Assembly (NCBI RefSeq): GCF_025526975.1
Contig: NW_026515679.1
Location: 248,001 to 312,000, forward strand
DNA length: 64,000 nucleotides
Direction of reading: 5' to 3'
Source of the DNA: Fimicolochytrium jonesii
Taxonomy: Eukaryota
Positions within the stretch are counted from its first letter, which is position 1. Every line of letters begins with the position of its first letter. Of this stretch, positions 24,913 through 36,920 are shown piece by piece. Made by a program: the position numbers and the translations under genes. The notes under the pieces were generated by a model. That model saw nothing but the letters and a program-made list of their open reading frames with translations. It ran no database searches and was not told the DNA's origin.

Positions 24913-27055
24913 CGTATAAGGGCGGCGGCGGGTGAATGGCGACAGTGCTCGTCGTCGGCCTCTATCATGGGGTGTCGACTACCTGCGCTTCAGCCATCCG
25001 GGAGAATCCCGAGGGGGCTTGCTGCTGGCAACACGACGCACGTCAAGAGCCAAGATGCTCATGGTTTCGTTCCAGCAATGCTTCCACATGAGCCAAAAAT
25101 GCTAACGTTCCACACGGAAGATCGCTGAGCTGCAATCGGTACCCGCTGTCGTCCAAGAAACCTACCTCACCAGAGCAGACCTGCGCCCATGTTCTTCTTG
25201 ACACGGAAGCGAGGGCTGCGGGATGTTATCCCATGTTGAGGATATGTGCCTAATAGCACAAGGCCCAGCGAAAATTTCGGTTGATGCGCGAAGAAGCCAA
25301 AAGAACACCCGGGATAAGCTGCTTTGCCGAAGAGCGCGTAGGTGTGCTCATATGTGGTTATGAACTCACGAAATGGAAAGGGTATCCGTTCAGTTGCTGC
25401 GAAGACATGAGCGGACTCGCACCGGGCGTCGCTATGTGTAGGCGCGCTACTCCAGCATCCCCTCCAGGACGCCGCGGGCAATGACTTTCGCGGCACAAAG
25501 ATTTTGCGGGCTCCCCGACGTACTGTATGCACGCATCGACGACAGTGCTCGCCACTAGCTGGCCGGAACACCAAGGCTGGATGAGCATGACTTGGACAAC
25601 AATTCGTTTATCAAGCAAAACATCCAACCTCCTCGACGAACATATCCGACATCCGGAGATGGATGCAGACAAAGCATTGCCACTGAATGTACGGTCTCAA
25701 ACGCAAATGTATCGTATGGTGATATCTGGTCCCTGCTGCATCGGGATGGAATCGAGCTCCCAAAGCGGAATGACGGTTGATTTCAAATATCCACCTTTTT
25801 TAAAGGGTTCGACGTGTGCGGGCGAAATGCATTTGCACAAGATCCAGGTGGTGAGAAAGGTTGTTCGTGCGGCGCTGCTCTCAGATGTGCAAGAAGAGCA
25901 CAAATGAAGCCGAATTTGTATGAACCCTTTGGGGTGAATTTTGAAGATGACGATGCGCAGTCCATCTATACAGTACACGTAGTACAGTACATGCAGTACA
26001 TCGTTCGCATCGGCGAGGCGTTGCGCTCATTAGGGCAGCCCTTTTTTATGGGTGATGGCCGTTTCGCAAGATCCGCAAAACGTTTTTCAAATAGATTCAG
26101 CCACAAGCGAAAGAGGCGAGAAAAGAAATGCACATGCACGCTATGCCTCCATTCCAAAATATTTTCTGACGACGCGTGGTGACGCCCGCAGGATGCTCGT
26201 TCTAACGTCTACCCCACCGTTTCGCTCACTTTTGTGGATCCATGACAAATTAGGGGCTGGGGGGTGCTCCGGGAGGCCCCACTGTGCAGTGTGGAACCCC
26301 GAAACCCCGAAATATGGAAGTTCTCTATAGCACAGCCTCGAGACGGCCGAGAGTGACATCATGCCGAAATCACTGATTATGCGAATGAATCGATCGGGGG
26401 CACATGGGTCCTCCCTGATGAATTTTCCATTGCCAACCAACAACAACAACAAACAAACGCGCAGTCTCCCCCCATGTCTCCCCCATGCAGTCAGTCTGGG
26501 AATGGTGTCATGCCCCCCCCCCCCCCCCCCGCATTACGGCCACCATTACGGCCATCCTACCGTGTAGTACGCCGACATGAACGGTAAAATCCATGGTTGC
26601 TTTTCAATGGAATGCATTCCCGAGGCATAACTCCCTTCGAAAAAAGGAACAAAAGAGCAGTCCGCAGAAGGGAAAATCGCTTGCCCCTCACAACAACCAA
26701 CAAACAACAACCGCAAACAGGTGATAACAAGGGACTGCTAAACGGCGTCCACCCCCCCTTGTCCATCGCAGGTTTACAAACAAGCTTATCCGTACTTAGG
26801 TTCCGTCTTGCGCGTCAAGAGTCACCAGAGTCACCTCCGCATTACTAATTGCCAAGGTGGACAATCCCTTTGTTCCCCCCATCGCCCGACCCAAACCCGG
26901 CCGGAGCCTCCAAGACCGTGCTCGGAAATAGGTCGACCTATCTTGCTTACAAGTGTTATATAGTTTCGGAGCACGCATCTTGCATTCCCACGGACGCATC
27001 ACTGAAATACAATACTGAAATACAAGCTAAAACCGAACAACGCACGCACGCAGTC

Positions 27056-28330
27056 ATGCTGGATATTGTCAGACGTCAACTGCGTCGCTTCGTCCGACGC
27101 AACAACAAGACGACTCCGCGCGCTGGACGCGGTGGTCGAGGAGATGAGGACGACAACGACGAGATGGAAGCTCGTATCCGTGCGCTGCAACAAAAGGGAG
27201 AACTCGATACTTATGTACGGGGGCTGGAGGTGTTGGAGGACGGCGAGACCATCGTCTACTACGACGACGCTGGGGAGATGACCGTCGAGACTATAAGCGA
27301 CGCGCACTCCATCGCAACAGGGATAACCGTCGAATCACCAACGTCAGAAGGTGACGAGCCCAGTTTCAATAGCATCTCCCCAGCAGCAGAGGTGGAGAAC
27401 CGGTCTATTCGGACCCAGCGATCGTTCTTGAGCTTTGCAGGCTTCGATACGGATTTCAGGAGACGGAATCGAGCTGGAAGCGAAGGGCCAGCATCGTTGC
27501 GCGCGGCTCCTTCCTCCTCTTCCTGTTGTGGCGCTATCAGCGAAGGAAACACTCTGGACGTTGGCGCTGCTGCTCTCGCCCCCCGACGAAGCTCGTTTGC
27601 AGTGGGAGAACGCAGACGATCCCGAGCCACACTGAGCCCGTGCGACATACTCGCTCCCGAACCGATCTTTGCTGAAACATGCCCGATCAGCCCAACAATA
27701 ACAGAAAACGCAGACAGCGACATCACCCCGACATCCCCATCAGGAAACTCACGCCAACGCCTGCGCCAACGTCCATCCCTCCTCTCACTCGCCTCCTCCA
27801 TCGCAAGCGCTTCATCCTCCATCCGTTCCTATCACTCCTCCTCATCGCGCCGCGACGAATCCCACACATCTCCAAGTTCAGCCACAACCCTCCTCCGCCC
27901 TCCATCCCCCTCCCGCCGCCGAGGGAGCCGCTCGCGATCCCCACATCCCTCACATTCCCACTCAGCCCCACCAGCAGCCCTCGGCGCGCACACAATGACC
28001 TCCTTCGACCCCACCCCCGTCTACCAACAAACGGAAGCGCCGCAAACCTCCTGGTCGCTGCTCCCACCCGCCTACACAATCATCAAGGAAGTCGAAACGA
28101 CCTACGTGCTCGTAGCCTCCATCCCCGTCGGCACGCTCACCACGGACAGCTTCCAGGTGTACGTCTTTGACGAGTCGAGGGAGATTGGGTTTGGAGGCAC
28201 TGATGCGCAGATGGGGACTAGGGTCAAGATGCCCGGTGATGCGAACCTGGCGAGGATCAATGCGGCCGTGAGAGATTCGACGCTGACGGTTACCGTGCCG
28301 AAGTTACCGTTTTCGGTCGAGGCATCATGA
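27056..28330 (+). CDS. Protein with a long disordered Ser/Arg-rich region and a C-terminal Hsp20/alpha-crystallin-like domain
   Basis: The C-terminus IKEVETTYVLVASIP...RVKMPGDANLARINAAVRDSTLTVTVPKL matches the ACD beta-sandwich pattern. Single exon. Confidence 0.65.
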   Translation: MLDIVRRQLRRFVRRNNKTTPRAGRGGRGDEDDNDEMEARIRALQQKGELDTYVRGLEVLEDGETIVYYDDAGEMTVETISDAHSIATGITVESPTSEGDEPSFNSISPAAEVENRSIRTQRSFLSFAGFDTDFRRRNRAGSEGPASLRAAPSSSSCCGAISEGNTLDVGAAALAPRRSSFAVGERRRSRATLSPCDILAPEPIFAETCPISPTITENADSDITPTSPSGNSRQRLRQRPSLLSLASSIASASSSIRSYHSSSSRRDESHTSPSSATTLLRPPSPSRRRGSRSRSPHPSHSHSAPPAALGAHTMTSFDPTPVYQQTEAPQTSWSLLPPAYTIIKEVETTYVLVASIPVGTLTTDSFQVYVFDESREIGFGGTDAQMGTRVKMPGDANLARINAAVRDSTLTVTVPKLPFSVEAS

Positions 28331-29894
28331 GATGCTCTTGCTTTTGCAACACCGCAAGCAAGGAAGATACTAGTTGTTCGAAAACCTCATTCTATGTAAA
28401 AGACACGCGCCGGATCCTGTCCACCACTTGAGGTTTGAGCCGCCAAACCTCGTAACCCGCAACGTCCGCAACACGCCAAGACGCCTGAGCTTTAACCCTC
28501 GCCAAGTTGCGCGATCCCACTAGCTTACTAGGGTAACGCTCTACCTCTATCGCTATCCTCTTATCTATTCCCCCTCCCTCAAACCTTGTATCGCCCACCG
28601 GCTCCCATATTCCAGGCGCGTGAATTGTCCGCGGCTTTTTGTTAATTGTACATTTATATACCCGTTTCCTTATGAAAAGCGCTATTTCTGTGATGTGGGT
28701 TGGGTTTAGCTCTGATTCACCACTTCCGCCTCTTCTTTTGCGGGTTTGCTCAAGTCGGTGGGAGATTCCAGTCGCTTCCCAGGTCCGATATGCCGCATGT
28801 GACACGAACCCCAAACGGACGTGGCGCAGGCGCGCGCTGTCGATTTCAGCTGTCATTCGATCAATAAACATAACAATGTGTTTGGGATGAGGCCAAAGTT
28901 TCCTCGCAGGACTTCTCATTAATAAATGTGAGGCGAAAGCCCATGTCAGGGTATCTGCCCTTTGGTCCATGAATCCGCAGTGCTGAACAGCCGAATTGAG
29001 TGTAAACACCGGGCAAGTGGAAATGAAAGCAGATAGGGGAAAAAGGGAGGGAGGGCTGCGGAGGGCGAAAGGGTCGTGTGACGGTCCGGGGCGGGGAAAG
29101 TTAATTACATGGGCGGTTCTGTTGTTGGATAGATGTTCGGATACGAAGCCTTGGGAGACAGAGGACATTGATACGGGCTGAGTCTTCCCTGGCGTCAACT
29201 GGCATCACTCATTCGTGTTTGGTGGGGTCAGATGCTCATGCGAGATATCCCCCCGACGTATATGAATCAGCCCCCCCCCCAATGCCAACCCCCCAATTGC
29301 ACGCAAAGAAAAAGTTCGTATCTGCCTTGAAGAGAGAACCAGCGAAACACCATCCCACAGAATAGCGGATCGTCACATACGGACGAATAACGCACAGCAC
29401 AGCAGCGCTTGTAGTGTATAGTTTATCCACACATCCGAACCTGAACATACCTTGGATTTTTGTTGTAGCACCAATTTGAGGTGAGGTGAAGATGAATTCT
29501 GTGGACACGTTTTTTGGTTTGGTGACGTTGCCGGAGGGAAGGGTCAGGGCGGTCAGATCATGGCGGTGGTGCCGTGCAGAAGGGGAGACTGTCCCCAAGC
29601 AGCTGCCAGGGCTATCGCAGAGGCCATACGCGGCAGGATATGATGAAGAGGAAAACACGATCATGCTGCTGTGTTTTTCTGGGTGCGCCCGTGTTGACCG
29701 CCGTGGATCTTTGGCTCGACGGGGCGCACATGAGATGTCTCGCCAAGCATACGGACGGCGCGAGATCGTTGTCATCGACACCCCCATCGTCGGTCATGTT
29801 GAAGATCATATGCTCACCGCTTTGCTGTGTTTCACCTATAGATCACCCGCAATCCTACATCAACAACCTAAACCGATCGCAAACGGGGCCCAAA

Positions 29895-30254
29895 ATGCAC
29901 ATCCGCCCAACCCCGCTTCTTCCCCGCCGCCCCCTCCTCCTCGCCCCTTACCGCACGATCTACTCCTCCTTCCCCGAACACCCGCTCCACATCACGCCCG
30001 CGCATCCCGCCCACGGGCTCGCCGACCTGCGTCTCGTCAACGAGTGGGACCCGGTCCTGCAGGCGAGCGTGCCGCACGATGTCTGGGTCGAGCACATGCG
30101 CGCTATCGAGGGCGAGGTTGTTATCACCGCGACCGCTGCGAATGCGGGGGAGGCAGCACAGGCGGGACCGGGTGGGAGGCAGGTGTTGGGCGGGAGGGAG
30201 AGGGTCGAGGGGGAGAGGGATGAGAAGCGGGGTAGGTTTTTGCTGAGAAGCTGA
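29895..30254 (+). CDS. Hypothetical small protein (119 aa), possible mitochondrial presequence
   Basis: ATG in a CAAAATG context and coding-like codon usage. The N-terminus MHIRPTPLLPRRPLLLAPYRTIYS is Arg-rich and lacks acidic residues. Confidence 0.4.
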   Translation: MHIRPTPLLPRRPLLLAPYRTIYSSFPEHPLHITPAHPAHGLADLRLVNEWDPVLQASVPHDVWVEHMRAIEGEVVITATAANAGEAAQAGPGGRQVLGGRERVEGERDEKRGRFLLRS

Positions 30255-31162
30255 ATTTTTTTCCCTTGGTGTTGATGAACGTTCACCATTATTCACTGCC
30301 GGGCACAGCCTTCGACCGCACACCCACCGTCTAGACATACCACTCGACAACTGAAAGTCCGACGGCAAGATCATACACAAGACAGGGGGAGAGTCCTACG
30401 AGGGGTCGTTCGTTTGCTTGTTAGTCTTGAGTCTTCACATGCTAGGCATGTGTTAGCAATATGCAAATATCAGAGAAAAAAAGCCGGGTTCCGGGAAACC
30501 ATTCATACGAGGTTTTGGATGGGATTGAGATGGATGGGGTGGGAGATGGGGATGGGGGGCGGGATGTAGCCCTTCATTAGTTCGTAGCTCTCTGTAGTCG
30601 CCCCACGCTTCTCCTTCCGCTCTCATCCCTTGTGGCTGGTCTTTTTGTATGTGGTCTGTTTTGCGTTGAGGTATCGCGATTGTTTCTCTTTCATCGGTTC
30701 ATTCCAATAGGGTCTGTTGTTGCATCTCGCTGTCTGTCGAATGCCCGGAGACACGGCCGATAGAGGGCGGGACATTTCTCGCCGAGACCCGTTACATTTA
30801 GATTTACAAAGCTCGCGACGTGTATCATCTCCAACGCATCTTCTATACACCAAGATCGAGGAAAACCCCCCGCTCGCAAGAACGGACCAACCGCATCGGG
30901 CGGTCTCTGCACGCCCGCCTCTCCGCGGGACTCCCAACATGAAAGCAGCGCAAGGTGGATTCCAGCGTTGTGATCTGATCAGAACATTCGTCCTACTTTC
31001 CATGTCATATGCACCGTAGTATCCTAATCCAATGGTCTCGTGTCTAGCGCCTCGTTTCTGTGGGATGTCGGGTGTATGATGTGTCGATCACGATCTCTGT
31101 CCGTATGAGATAGTCCGGGTTTCCCATGCCACGCCCCAATGTGGGGGCGGCTTACTCGCTTC

Positions 31163-33063
31163 TCATGCCGCGCCGTGTGCCGCTGCGAGTCGCTTCAGGC
31201 CCTAGAACGGGGACGCGATGGAGAAAACGAAAAGGGAGATGTAAGCCGAGAGGGCGAGATGCCAGAAAAAAGGGGCCGTGAGAACCCACAACTCGTTTGC
31301 AAAAGCCAAAAGTCACCCCCCCCCCCTCGGAGCCCCCGCACCAGAAAAGAAGCATCAGATACCTACCTCCCCCACGAAATCCGCACTGGTGGACCCGTAC
31401 ACCTCCAACCCACCCCCGCTCGCCACCTCCCGCCGCTCCGCCTTCTTCCCCGCGCCATCCGTCCCGCCCGTCCCGCCGCCCGTCCACGCCCACCCCACCT
31501 CCATGCTCGTCGTCGGCGGAAACGCGTACACGGTCGCGGGGACGCGCACGGGCTCTGCTGCGGCTGCCGTCGGGCGGTGCAGGGGGAGGGGGAGGGTGCC
31601 GCGGTTGGTTTTGCAAAGGGTTGTGTGCGGGTGGTGTTGCGGATGTGTCGGTGGGCCCGTGGAATACGACGGTGCTGCTGCACCGCGGCCATGCACCTGC
31701 AACGACGGATGGTGCTGCTGCTGACATTTCGGTTGGGGATGGGCCCGCGGATGCGCGTGCGGAGACTCGTACATGTAGTTCGGGCGAAACTGCGTATGAC
31801 AAACGTAGCGACTCCCCCCGCCACCCGCGCCCGGCGTCGTCCGCCCCGGCGGCGGCGGTCGTTGTGGTGGTCGTTGTGGCGCACCCTTCCGCGCCGTCGG
31901 CGCTGTCGACTCGGCCGTCCGCCGCGCGGCGCTGAGGAAATGCGACCGGTCCCCTGTGATCTTATACGCCGTTTCGTCGGTGCTGGGCGCATCGATGTCG
32001 CGGCGGAGATGGGCGAAGGTGGATGAGCGGCCGTGCGGGGTCGGCGCGAGGGTGTTGGTTGCGCCGCCGCCGGGGGCGCGGATCACGTTGTATTGGCTAT
32101 GTTCCGAGGCCTAAGGGGGAGAGACACAGGAGTGTGAGACATCCAAGAAAATGGGGAAACGGAAGTGGGGATGTGAGATACATACGGTCTTCAGAACCTC
32201 CCGCGTAGCCGGCTCACGATCGTTGTACAGCCGTGGATCGACTAGACACGCCCATTTGTCGCTCCATTCGCGCTGGCAGCGCAGCTCCTTGGCGATGCGG
32301 TCTACCCTGCAGCAACAAGTGGAAAAATGAAGGGTGTGAAGGGCTGGTTTGCGGGTATTCTGGCCGGGTGAGGATGGCCAGGATCTCCCCTCCGCATCTC
32401 GTCCACCACATCCGCAATCCATCCAAACACCCCTCAGGCCCACCCCCACTCTCCATCGCAACCCTCCGCAGCAGCATCCCCTCTCTGGTCCCATCCCCCC
32501 GCACCAACGCACCAAAGCCAAACCTACCAAGTCTCCCCCGCCCAAAACCGCCCACTCCCCTCACCCGTCCCGCCGCGCTTCCCGCCCATCGAAAAAAATC
32601 GTATCGGAATCTCACTCCGACACCCAAAGCTTGTCGTCTCCGTGTGTGGGTCGGTGCGCTCCAAGTTAGTTGGAGAGATACCGCCCGTGATGCCCACGCT
32701 GTCGATCCGTTGCTGTCTCGTGTCTGCTCTGACTTGAACACAGCATCGAAAACGATAAGTCCCATGCCATACCATGCCACCGTCGAAGCGGTCCACACCC
32801 ACCTCCGGCCCGCGTGCCAGATTCCAACCCCAAAGGCCTTTCGTTTTCTATTTCTGCGGTGTGTGTTGCTGATGCGGTCTGGGGTATGTTTTTTTTGGGG
32901 GAAAACTGACAGTGGCAACTGACCGGATTGACGGGTGGGATCGCACGCCGGCGCGCGCGGAATGCGTAAGCAGGGGGGCCGCCCAACCGCGTTTTCTTTT
33001 TTTTTTAATGAGGCAGGAGGTTGGTGTGGATATGCACCAATTCGACGATGATAGGACCATCAT
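31163..33063 (-). CDS. Probable ciliary microtubule inner protein (C20orf85/CIMIP1-like); first exon uncertain
   Basis: Exon (W)VDRIAKELRCQREWSDKWACL and a later FPPTTSMEVGW..LEVYG resemble the W..R...E....W...WGFL and PxTTxxxIGW motifs of this family as recalled. GT-AG junctions support 3-4 exons. Confidence 0.45.
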
Positions 33064-33452
33064 CTGTTCCTTTGCTTGGCCGAGAAGGGGGAAAAAATGG
33101 GATACAGAACGAACGAACGGGACAACGAATGAAATGAAGACGCTGGTGTTAGGGAGCACCCAGAGGTGCCCAACGGAATATTATACAAGTAGCGGATGGG
33201 GTAGTGGATGAAGGAGAAGGGGATCAATAGCGGGTGAATAAGGGCATGGAGGCAACTCTTGGGGGGTGGGAGACTATGTATCATCCTCGGAACTAAATGA
33301 AGAGACACAGAGTTCGGGGGAAATTGGAATCAGGGAGGGCACAAGCGCGAACGGAATTGGAACAGCAGGGGACGTTAGTTGTTGCGGTTTTTTTTTTTCG
33401 TTTGTTGGTATCAGGTGGGTATTATTCATTTTTTGCCGTGCGTGTGTGTTTC

Positions 33453-36083
33453 TTACTTGCTGCCGTTAGCAGGCTTGTTCCCGTTCGGGGCTCCCGATCC
33501 AGGGGCAGGTTTAGGCGGGCCCATGGTGCTGTTGTTGTTGTATCCGCCGCGTCCGCCACGGTTTCCCTGCATGCCGCCGCGCTGGAAGTCGCCGCGGCCG
33601 CCGCGGTTACCGCCGTCGAGGAAGTTGCGTGGGGGGTATGGACCGCGGTTGTTGGAGTTGATGAAGGGGCGGGGCTTGCGGCGCTCTTCGGCGTGGAGGA
33701 CGACGTTGTTGACCGTGTAGCTGTTGCCGATGGCTTTGCGGGCGGCTTCCACGGTAGTGAATTCGACAAAGGCGATGTTCTGTGTTGGGATGTATGTAGG
33801 GTCAGGAGCATGTCGGGAGTTGGGATGAATCTGGTTCCCCAAGGAGAAAACATTACCTTTGTGAGCACAACGTCAACGTGACGAACGGTTCCAATCTTCG
33901 AGAACGTGTCGGTCAAAGACTTGCGGTCTATGGCTTCGGTGATTCCACGGATGTAAATGGAGTACTTTTCCTTGTCATCTACCGCCGAGTTAGTCCGTAT
34001 ATCACACCAGAGCGGGTACCAACTTTTCCTGCCAAACCCTTGAACCTACCATCGGAGTCTGTCTGGGACGGGTGTTGGGGGTATTGCTGTCCAGGCGGAG
34101 GACCCCTCTTTTGCTGACGACCGTGGACTTCACGGAAACCTCCGTCCTTCTGATCGGCGTCGTTGGAGCCGTCGTGTGCGGCAGCCTGGGCATGGGCGTC
34201 ATCAGCCTGGGCCTTGAGTGCGACCGGCTTTGGGGAGGCGGTGCGCTGGGAAACAGGGACAGCGACAGCGGGTTTTGGGGCAGCGGGCTGAGGTGCTGCG
34301 GCGGGTTTGGCATCCGCGCTCCACACGTTGGCGTTTTTGGCGGCGAGGCTAGCCCAGGTCTTGTTTTGGGTGGTCTCCGGCTTTTGTTCGGGCTGCTGCT
34401 GTTGTTGTTGATGTTGTTGTTGTTGTTGTGGCTGAGCAGCGGGCTTCTGAGCCTCGGTGGGCTTCTCGGATGCGGGCTGTGCCACGTTCTTTGTCTCCTC
34501 CTCGGACGCTGCAGGTGCCTTGGGCTTGGCGATAGTGCCCCAAGGAGCAGGCTTGGCTGCCTCCTGGGGGGCAGGCTCTTCGGCGGTGGCGGCGGGCTCG
34601 GACCAGTTACCGAGACCGAAAGCGTCGGTGTGGGTAACCTCAGGGGCCGTGTTCTTGTTCACGGATTCAGGGCGCACATCGGGGGTGCGAGTGCGGTGCT
34701 CCTTGTAAGGAGAGGGAGTGCGAGGCTTTTCCGCAACCTTCTTGGGGCTAGGGGACTTTACAACTTCGGGCTCGACGTGAGCGGGCTCGTGGTATTGAGG
34801 AGCAACGTGGGTCTCCTCAGGGATGTACGCGTCGTGGAGCTCGAGGCCGCCAGTGGGGTCCTCGGCGTCCTCATAATCGTTGTCGATATCCTCCTTCAAG
34901 AAGCGGAAGATGTCGTTCAAGACGTAGTATCCGTTGACTTGCTCGGCGAGGAAGAAAGTCTGGGCGAATTTATGGGAAGTGCCGCTGTTGTTGGACATTT
35001 CACCGAGAACCTGAACGACAATGCCTCCGTTCAAGGAAGCCTGGCTGTCGACGTTGGAAACCAACACTTTCGCGTCCTGGAAATCCATATCCAGGATTTT
35101 GCGGTGGATTTCCTAAGAAAACGGATGGGAGGAGATCACTTTAGTGAAAAGCCATCCCATAAGAAAACCGCCAAGTGAGGCGATGCGTCGTTGGATGGTT
35201 GTACGGTTGGACGATGGGCGGGGTGGTTGAACGATACCCTCCTCGCTTCGCTCGCGACGAGGACGTTGGGTTGGTGTGTCTTGCGCCATTGGCGCAATGT
35301 GATGCTCCCTGAAGCTCGCTAACAGCCGTGATTAGGGAGTATTTGCGCCTTTGGCGCAATGTGTCAACTCCACCTACCCTCCACTACGCACTCCACCCAT
35401 CCTCTGCTACCCACTCCACCCGGTCTCCCCTCCCCTCCACCTGAACCCCATTTTACAACCTTCTTCTTCTTACCCTACCTGCTGACCATGGAAAGTTTTT
35501 ACAGTGGCCTCACCCTCGTGACCGTGCAAGAAAGACGATTTCTTGTTGTAGAAACAGTGAAGACGTTGGGGGTCTCTGTTCAGAATAGTGTAGTACTCCT
35601 GGACAAAGAGCCAGCCCACTTCGAACGCATCGACCTGTATACATGTAAAAGGGGAGAGAATATTTTTAATATCCGTACGATCGGCTTCCCTTTGAGCAGT
35701 GATTTGTGAGAAACGAGCGATGCACAGTCTGTTTGTGGAACGACATCCTGCTTGCTTCGCTCGCGACAAGGAGTCGCAACAAGGTTGGGTGAATCTGTTC
35801 GATACTCGCGAGAGTAACTGAGGCGCGCTTGCGCTCGCCAACGTCCGCCATTCCGAGCGCTACCGCTCGGAAACCCCTCCGCAAAAAATCGACGGCGCTC
35901 GGGCTCTCTTCCGACCTTGCCGCATGCCGAGATCACAATCGCAAATTTGCCAGAAACGAAAAATGTACACCAAGGCACAGCACGGGAATCCAAAACAGAG
36001 GGAGGTTCCCTTCCCTGCGGGCACACACGCACCTTAGTCTTCTCCAAGGGCGCGGGTGCCGAAGACGTCATGGTGGCGGTCAT
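33453..36083 (-). CDS. NXT3: G3BP/Nxt3/Bre5 homologue (NTF2-like + RRM + RGG)
   Basis: VGWLFVQEYYTILNRDPQRLHCFY, VDSQASLNGGIVVQVLGEMSN..KFAQTFFLAEQVNGYYVLNDIFRFL, an RRM (IAFVEF) and an RGG tail. Confidence 0.93.
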
Positions 36084-36920
36084 TTGAGGAGAGGGGGATT
36101 TGGGACTTCTGCGAAGGTTGGGGAAAGGTTGGAAGATCGTGAGTGAGTATGTGGGGGGGTAGTCCGGCGGTTTGAAACGAAGCTGTGGTCTGGGTTTCCC
36201 GGGTGCGGGGGGGTGCAGCCGACAGCTTTGCGGGAACAGCGAGAGAGAGTAGCTTACCCTATAGTATGGGACTGGGGTAGGAGTTGCGGAGAGGGCGGGG
36301 GGGGGGGGGGGGGGTTGTGTTTGTGGTGATCGTCTGCAGGAGGGTAGGGTTCCAACATCAGACGAGGCGCGGGGCGGGGGGGGGGTTCCCGTTAGGGTTG
36401 GCCTCTGAGAGAGACGATGAGACTATGAGACTATACAGTAAGTGGAGTGGAGTGGAGAGGGATTGACCAGAAGTGGGTAACTCGTGATTGTAGGAGGCCG
36501 GGTAAGGGCCGACTCACCGAAGGCAAAGGGGTTAGGTTTGTTAATCAAATGGTTCACTTTGGCTGTAAAAGAGTCTTATTCTGGAGGTGAGCTGCCCACG
36601 AGTTACCCATTTCTGGTCACGCCCGAGTGGAGTGCGTCAACTGGTTAGGAACTGGTAACTGACATTCAGACGAGACTATGACTATAGGCGCTACAACAAC
36701 TCCTCCCAATCCATGATGCCTTGCAACCGTTGTGCGTGTTGTGCGTGTCTGCGTGCGGCTCACTCCCCCAACCCACCCACCCTTGACACACTCCCTCCGC
36801 CCAACAACGAGGTCCATACCCGGCCCTGCCTCCCAGCCTACCTCCGTCAGCCTGAGTTTCCTCATCTCACTCTAGAACGTGGCTGTCGAGCGGCCACGGC
36901 CCCCCAAAATACCCCGTCGT

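Larger units (their letters stand above)
23800..25128 (+). other. Spliced snoRNA host gene (three snoRNA-bearing introns; possible short ORF)
   Basis: Predicted introns are 23940-24191 (gtaagt..cag), 24418-24650 (gtaagt..aag) and, less certainly, 24764-24993 (gtacag..cag). Each contains one C/D snoRNA. Confidence 0.65.

Noticed and set aside
25141..26800. Possible further snoRNAs, tRNA or TE downstream of the snoRNA cluster
   Set aside because: I found no convincing C/D pair with a terminal stem and guide, no cloverleaf around GGTTCGA at ~25806, and no terminal repeats. H/ACA RNAs cannot be excluded by eye.
28392..29198. 268-aa minus-strand ORF
   Set aside because: It has no recognisable motif or coding-like codon bias and overlaps the 3' region of the neighbouring gene. 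It is probably a chance ORF, and no transposase or integrase signature is seen.
34072..35178. 368-aa plus-strand ORF (also 49805-51226, 47826-48809, 41314-42291 and similar)
   Set aside because: These are antisense shadows of real GC3-rich genes.
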